Shown one piece after another: positions 59,535-64,000 of a DNA stretch of 64,000 bases. The notes beneath the pieces are model-generated. The model did no database searches. It had not been told where the DNA came from and saw only the letters and a list, made by a program, of their open reading frames with translations. The stretch spans positions 1,178,001 to 1,242,000 of the forward strand of contig CAUYUJ010000114.1 in assembly GCA_963575745.1 (NCBI GenBank), given 5' to 3'. This DNA is from Prorocentrum cordatum. Taxonomy: Eukaryota. The position numbers and the translations under genes were made by a program. Each line of letters begins with the position of its first letter. The first letter of the stretch is position 1.

Positions 59535-60436
59535 CCCCGACCTTGAGGAGGGGCTCCTGTTTAGTTTCCTCTGGGGGGTCTGGGGGGGACCCCCTCCAGC
59601 CCCCTCCCCGGTCACGGGCGGAACGCCGGCAGAAGCTTGCGGAAGACGGCCCCATTTCTGCAGACGCGCTTCCGAAAGGCACGGGTGGTCCGCAAGATTG
59701 TCCAAGAGAACCACGAGTCGCCAACAGGTCAATCCAGACCGTTCAAGATGGCCTCCAGACGGCCCAGGAAGCCTCCAAGACGACCTGGGAGGCCTCCAAG
59801 AGGCCCCCAAAGAGAGCCCCCAGAGTCAAAATTCACGAGTTGTCCTAAGGTTTTTGAAGGTTTTTCACGTTTTCGCCTTATCGGTCTCCCGACGCTCCAA
59901 GACGGCCCAAGAGGCCCCAAAGATCGCCCCAAAACGGCTCAAGAGACCCCCCAGGAGGACGCCCAGACGGCCCAAGACGCCCCCCAGACGGCCCAAGAGG
60001 CCTCCAAAACGGCCCAGGAAGGCCTCAGGAACGCTTCAAGAGGGGCCCCAGAGAGGGGGCAGGGACCGACATGTTGAGCTCTCCGCCCAAAAAACTCCCA
60101 GGAGGTCCCAAGCGGCCCCTAAGAAGCTTCCAAGAGGTCTCCAGGAAGCCCCCCGAGGCCCCCAAGAGGGCTCCAAAACTGCTTAGGAGGGCACCGAGAT
60201 AGTCGGAAACGCCCCAGGGCCCGAAGATTGCCCAACAGGGCTCCAAGATGGTCGGAGGCGCCCCGACACAGTGGCACAGCATCAAACGGACAACACGGGA
60301 ACCAACAGAATGCGCCTTAAAGCGGCACAGCGTCAAACGGACAACACAGGAATCAGAGTTATGCGCCCTAGAGGCATCCTCTTCTTTGCTTTTCTCATCC
60401 TCGCGAGTCACGCCCACTTGTCCTCCAAGGTCGGGG
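59535..60436. mobile_element. ~900-bp non-autonomous element with short inverted termini
   Basis: ccccgaccttgagg at 59535 versus cctccaaggtcgggg at 60422-60436. Confidence 0.55.
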
Positions 60437-61019
60437 TTTGTGGCAATATCAGGCTTGAGCCGGTCCGATCTGTGATGGCCCCGGAGCCCGAAACCGGGCG
60501 AAACCGCCAGGCGTGAAAGCAATGCAGCGCCCAGATCTCAGGGGAGGCAAGGAAAGAGAGTTCTTCGGGGCAACCGAAGCAGAGCAGGAGGTACGCAGGG
60601 ATGGAGGAAGGGAGGGAAGACGAAAGGGGAGTAGACCGAAATCAAAAGGGGGCCGCGCAGGCGGATGCGCAACGCTGTGGAGAGATATGGTGGCCACCAG
60701 TAGTATAAGCAAGAGGGGCGGGGGCCTGCTGTCTCCGACGATTGGGGGGGGAGGGTGCCGCGGCAAAGCGGGACGGCTCGTCGTCTTCAGACCTGGGGGG
60801 GTGGGGGGGCCGCTGGCCGCGCCGACGCCTTCATCGGCAGCATCAGCATTATCATCAGAATCATCATCATCATCAGCAGCAGCAGCATCAGCATCAGCAT
60901 CTCATCGTAATCCTCATCATCAACATCAGCAACATCATTAGCCTCAGCATCAGCATCAACATAGCATCATCAGAGAGAGCGTGATCCACCGCCGCTTTAC
61001 TGTGGAAAATTGCCAACCT

Positions 61020-62150
61020 TTTCCTCCGGAACCGGGGTCGCCCCCCCCCCCCCCCCTCCGAAAAATCCCCCCCCCCCCCTGCTGGAACCCCTCCCCCCCC
61101 CCCCCCCCCTCCCCCGGCAAAACCCCCCCCCTCCCCTAACCCCCTCCCCCCCCCCCCCCCCTCCCGCTCGAAAAAACCGGGGGGGTCACTACCGTTCGAA
61201 CCCCTCCCCCCCCCCCCCCCCCCTCCGGATCGAAAAACCGGGGGGGTCACTACCGGTTCGAACCCCCCCCCCCCCCCCCCCCCCTACCACCGCCAGCAAA
61301 CGACTCCCGGTCCCCACCACCGGCCGCATCACATCCCCCACTGGTGTTCCCAGCACCACTGTCCTCACCACCGCTGTCCCCACTGGTTCCACCACCGCCC
61401 CTACTGTCCCCACCAGTGGCCCCACCACTGTCGCACTGTCCCCGCTGTCCCCAGAACTGTTCCCACCACGGTTCCACTCTCCCCACTGTCTCCACGGCCC
61501 CAACCACTGCCCGACTATCCCACTGTCCCCACTGTCCCACTGACTCCTCCGCTGTCCCACTGAGCTGTCCCACTGTTCCCACCACTGTCCCCACTGTCCC
61601 CACCACTGTCCCCACTGTACCTCTGTCCCATTGTCCCACCGCCGTCCTCGCCACCGCCTTCACCACTGTCCCCACCACCATTGTACCCTCCACTGTCCCA
61701 CTGTTTCCACCTCATTCCCATTGTCCCCACACCACTGTCCCCACCACCACCGTCACCACCACTGTCCACTGTCCCCCCTGTTCCCACCATTGTCCCCACC
61801 ACTGTCCCCACCACTACCGTCCCCACCACTGTCCCACTGTCCCACTGTCCCCACCACTGTCCCGCTATCCCCTCACCACTGTCCCCACCAACACCGTCCC
61901 CACCACTGTCCGCACCCCCACTCGGTTTTCGAGGGGGGGGGGGGTTCGAACCGGTAGTGACCCCCCGGTTTTCCGGATCCGGAGGGGGGGGGGTGGGGGG
62001 GGGTTCGAACCGGTAGTGACCCCCCCCCCTTTTCATGATGAGCTGGGGGGGGGGGGGGGGGAGGGGTTCGAACCGGTAGTGACCCCCCCCGGTTTTCCGG
62101 AGGGGGGGGGGAGGGGTTCGAACCGGTAGTGACCCCCCCCGGTTTTCCGC
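61020..62150. mobile_element. Foldback-like element: modular inverted arms around a (CCACTGTCC)n core
   Basis: Left units aaaaccggggggtcactaccggttcgaacccc (61171, 61232); right inverse units at 61941, 62001, 62066, 62114; core 61310-61915. Confidence 0.75.
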
Positions 62151-62389
62151 CAGCAGCGGTAGAACACGCTCTTTCCATCATCATGATCCTCATCATCATC
62201 CTCATCAGCATCATCATCGCCAGGGAGCGTGCACTCTGGCTGTTGGCCCTCGTTTTCAAATTCTACCACAAGCTTCGAGCGCGAAAACCTGGAACGCCCA
62301 TTTCGCATCCCGAACACATCGAAGTGCTTTCAGCAGCCGTACACTCTCTCGAGGTATTAGACAACACCGTGGCGCCCCAAGCTACATAA

Positions 62390-62414
62390 TCTCATCATCA
62401 TCATGATCATCATG

Positions 62415-62479
<65 letters not shown>

Positions 62480-62615
62480 GTTCATCATCATCGCCATCAT
62501 CATCAACCTTTTCATCATCAGCATCATCATTATCAGTATTGTCATCACCACAATCATGGTCACCATCCTCATCATCACCATCATCACTGTCACCGTCATC
62601 GTCATCATGATCCTC
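62390..62615. repeat. (CAT)n microsatellite
   Basis: catcatcat run. Confidence 0.95.
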
Positions 62616-64000
62616 CCTCTCCAGATCTTCCTCCTCGTGTTCCTCCTCCGTTCTTCTCCCTTCTTCCCTCCTCTCCTCCTTCACCTCATCATGAGCATCA
62701 TCAGAAACAACAGCAACAACATGATCATCATTCCTTCTCACTCCCTCCTCCCCCTCCGCCTCCACCTCCCTCTCCTCCTCATCTTCCTCCCCCCTCCTCC
62801 CCCCTCCTCCTGCTCCTCCCCCTCCCTGGGAAGCTTCTGAGGGAGGGCCTTCTAGGAAGGCAGGGCTTCATGGCAGTGATTGCGCAAGGCTCGAGGAAGA
62901 AGAAGCAGCATGAGCATGTGCGTTCTGAGGTCCGCGAAGACCTCCGACAGTTCATGTGCCTGCCGTCTCCTTTATGATCCACAGGACGGATCGTAGCCCT
63001 CATCACGTCGCCCACGAAGGCGCGAAGGTTACCGCGCGTAGCGGTCTGGACCAGATCACATGCCCTTTTTCCAAAGGGACCTCGCGAGGGTGCGGTGACG
63101 CGGAGACAGTCGCGCATCGCAGGGCGCGGTGCACGAAGGTGCGCTTCGGAGTAGGGCTTTTCGAAGGGCATCGCAGCATCGCAGGACGCGGTGCACGGAG
63201 GGCCCTCTGGAGTTTCGACCAGGCTTCTGGTAGGGCTTTTCGAAAGAGGCCGAGCCTGGGACGCTCAAACCGTTCAAGAGGATGAAGGGGAGGAGCAGCA
63301 GGAGCGAGGGAGGATGAGCAAGAGGAGGAGGAGGAAGAGATCATCGAATGGTTTCCGGCCCATCCCTCCACCGTGCCCAGGCCGTGGACATTAAGGAGGA
63401 GAGGATGGTGGGAAGAGGAGGAGGAGGAGGAGGAGGAGGAGGAGGAGGAGGGGGAGATTCGAATAGGCGGGCAGCAGAGTCCTTCTCTCCCGCGGCCCGT
63501 GTCTGGCCGGACTGCTCACGGCCCGAGTCGGTCGGATCCGGTCCCACCTCCGCAGGCGATCTCGAGCCCACCCGACCTGGCACGAGCGCGATCCCTCGCC
63601 GGCCTGCAGGGGCGGAGCCCGGCAGGCGGCCCCCGAAGAGGTCGACCCGATTCTCTGCGACGAGCCGGGCGCGCGGCCCGAGCCGTTCTTGCGATGCGGT
63701 GCGGCCCCGCGGCCCGATCCAACGTCGGAGGGTGGTCCCCAGACGTGGTGGTGAGAACACCCGGTGGTGAGTTTTGGGCGATGTGAGTAATGTTTTTCGA
63801 GCGCTGGCTGGCCCAGGAAGCGCAAAACCTCGTGGCGACCGCGTGTCCCCAAACCCGGTGGTGACCCAGATTTTTTTTTGAATCGGGGTCACCACCGGGT
63901 GTCCCTCCACAGACCACCAAGTCGGGCCCGTCTCCCGAGCAGTTTCTTCTTTGGGCGGAGGGCAGAGGGTGAAATCTGAAATGCCGTTTCGATGTGTTCG

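Overview
Repeat-dominated, GC-rich eukaryotic DNA. Relict dinoflagellate spliced-leader (DinoSL, DCCGTAGCCATTTTGGCTCAAG) copies indicate a dinoflagellate; Prorocentrum-like is an inference from GC content and repeat style. Most long ORFs in the track are artefacts of microsatellites and satellites. Supported content: (1) an SL-headed, poly(A)-tailed, TSD-flanked retrocopy at 9632-10994; (2) a decayed RT+RNase H LINE at ~11.7-14.7 kb with two nested TA-MITEs; (3) a decayed minus-strand LINE whose ORF ends in zinc fingers plus a C5 DNA-methyltransferase-like domain; (4) CRE-like RT and APE endonuclease fragments; (5) a degenerate Ty1/copia element with ~125-bp LTRs, PBS, TSD and a transmembrane 3' extension, sitting inside a foldback-like repeat; (6) an intronless GT25 glycosyltransferase retrogene behind two SL relics, with a poly-Tyr insert; (7) a probable sulfatase first exon; (8) a second copia 3' fragment; (9) a family of satellite-carrying elements that share one terminus but carry different tandem units (77 bp and ~100 bp); plus MITEs, microsatellites and a 100-N gap. 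All calls are by-eye motif recognition; no searches were run.
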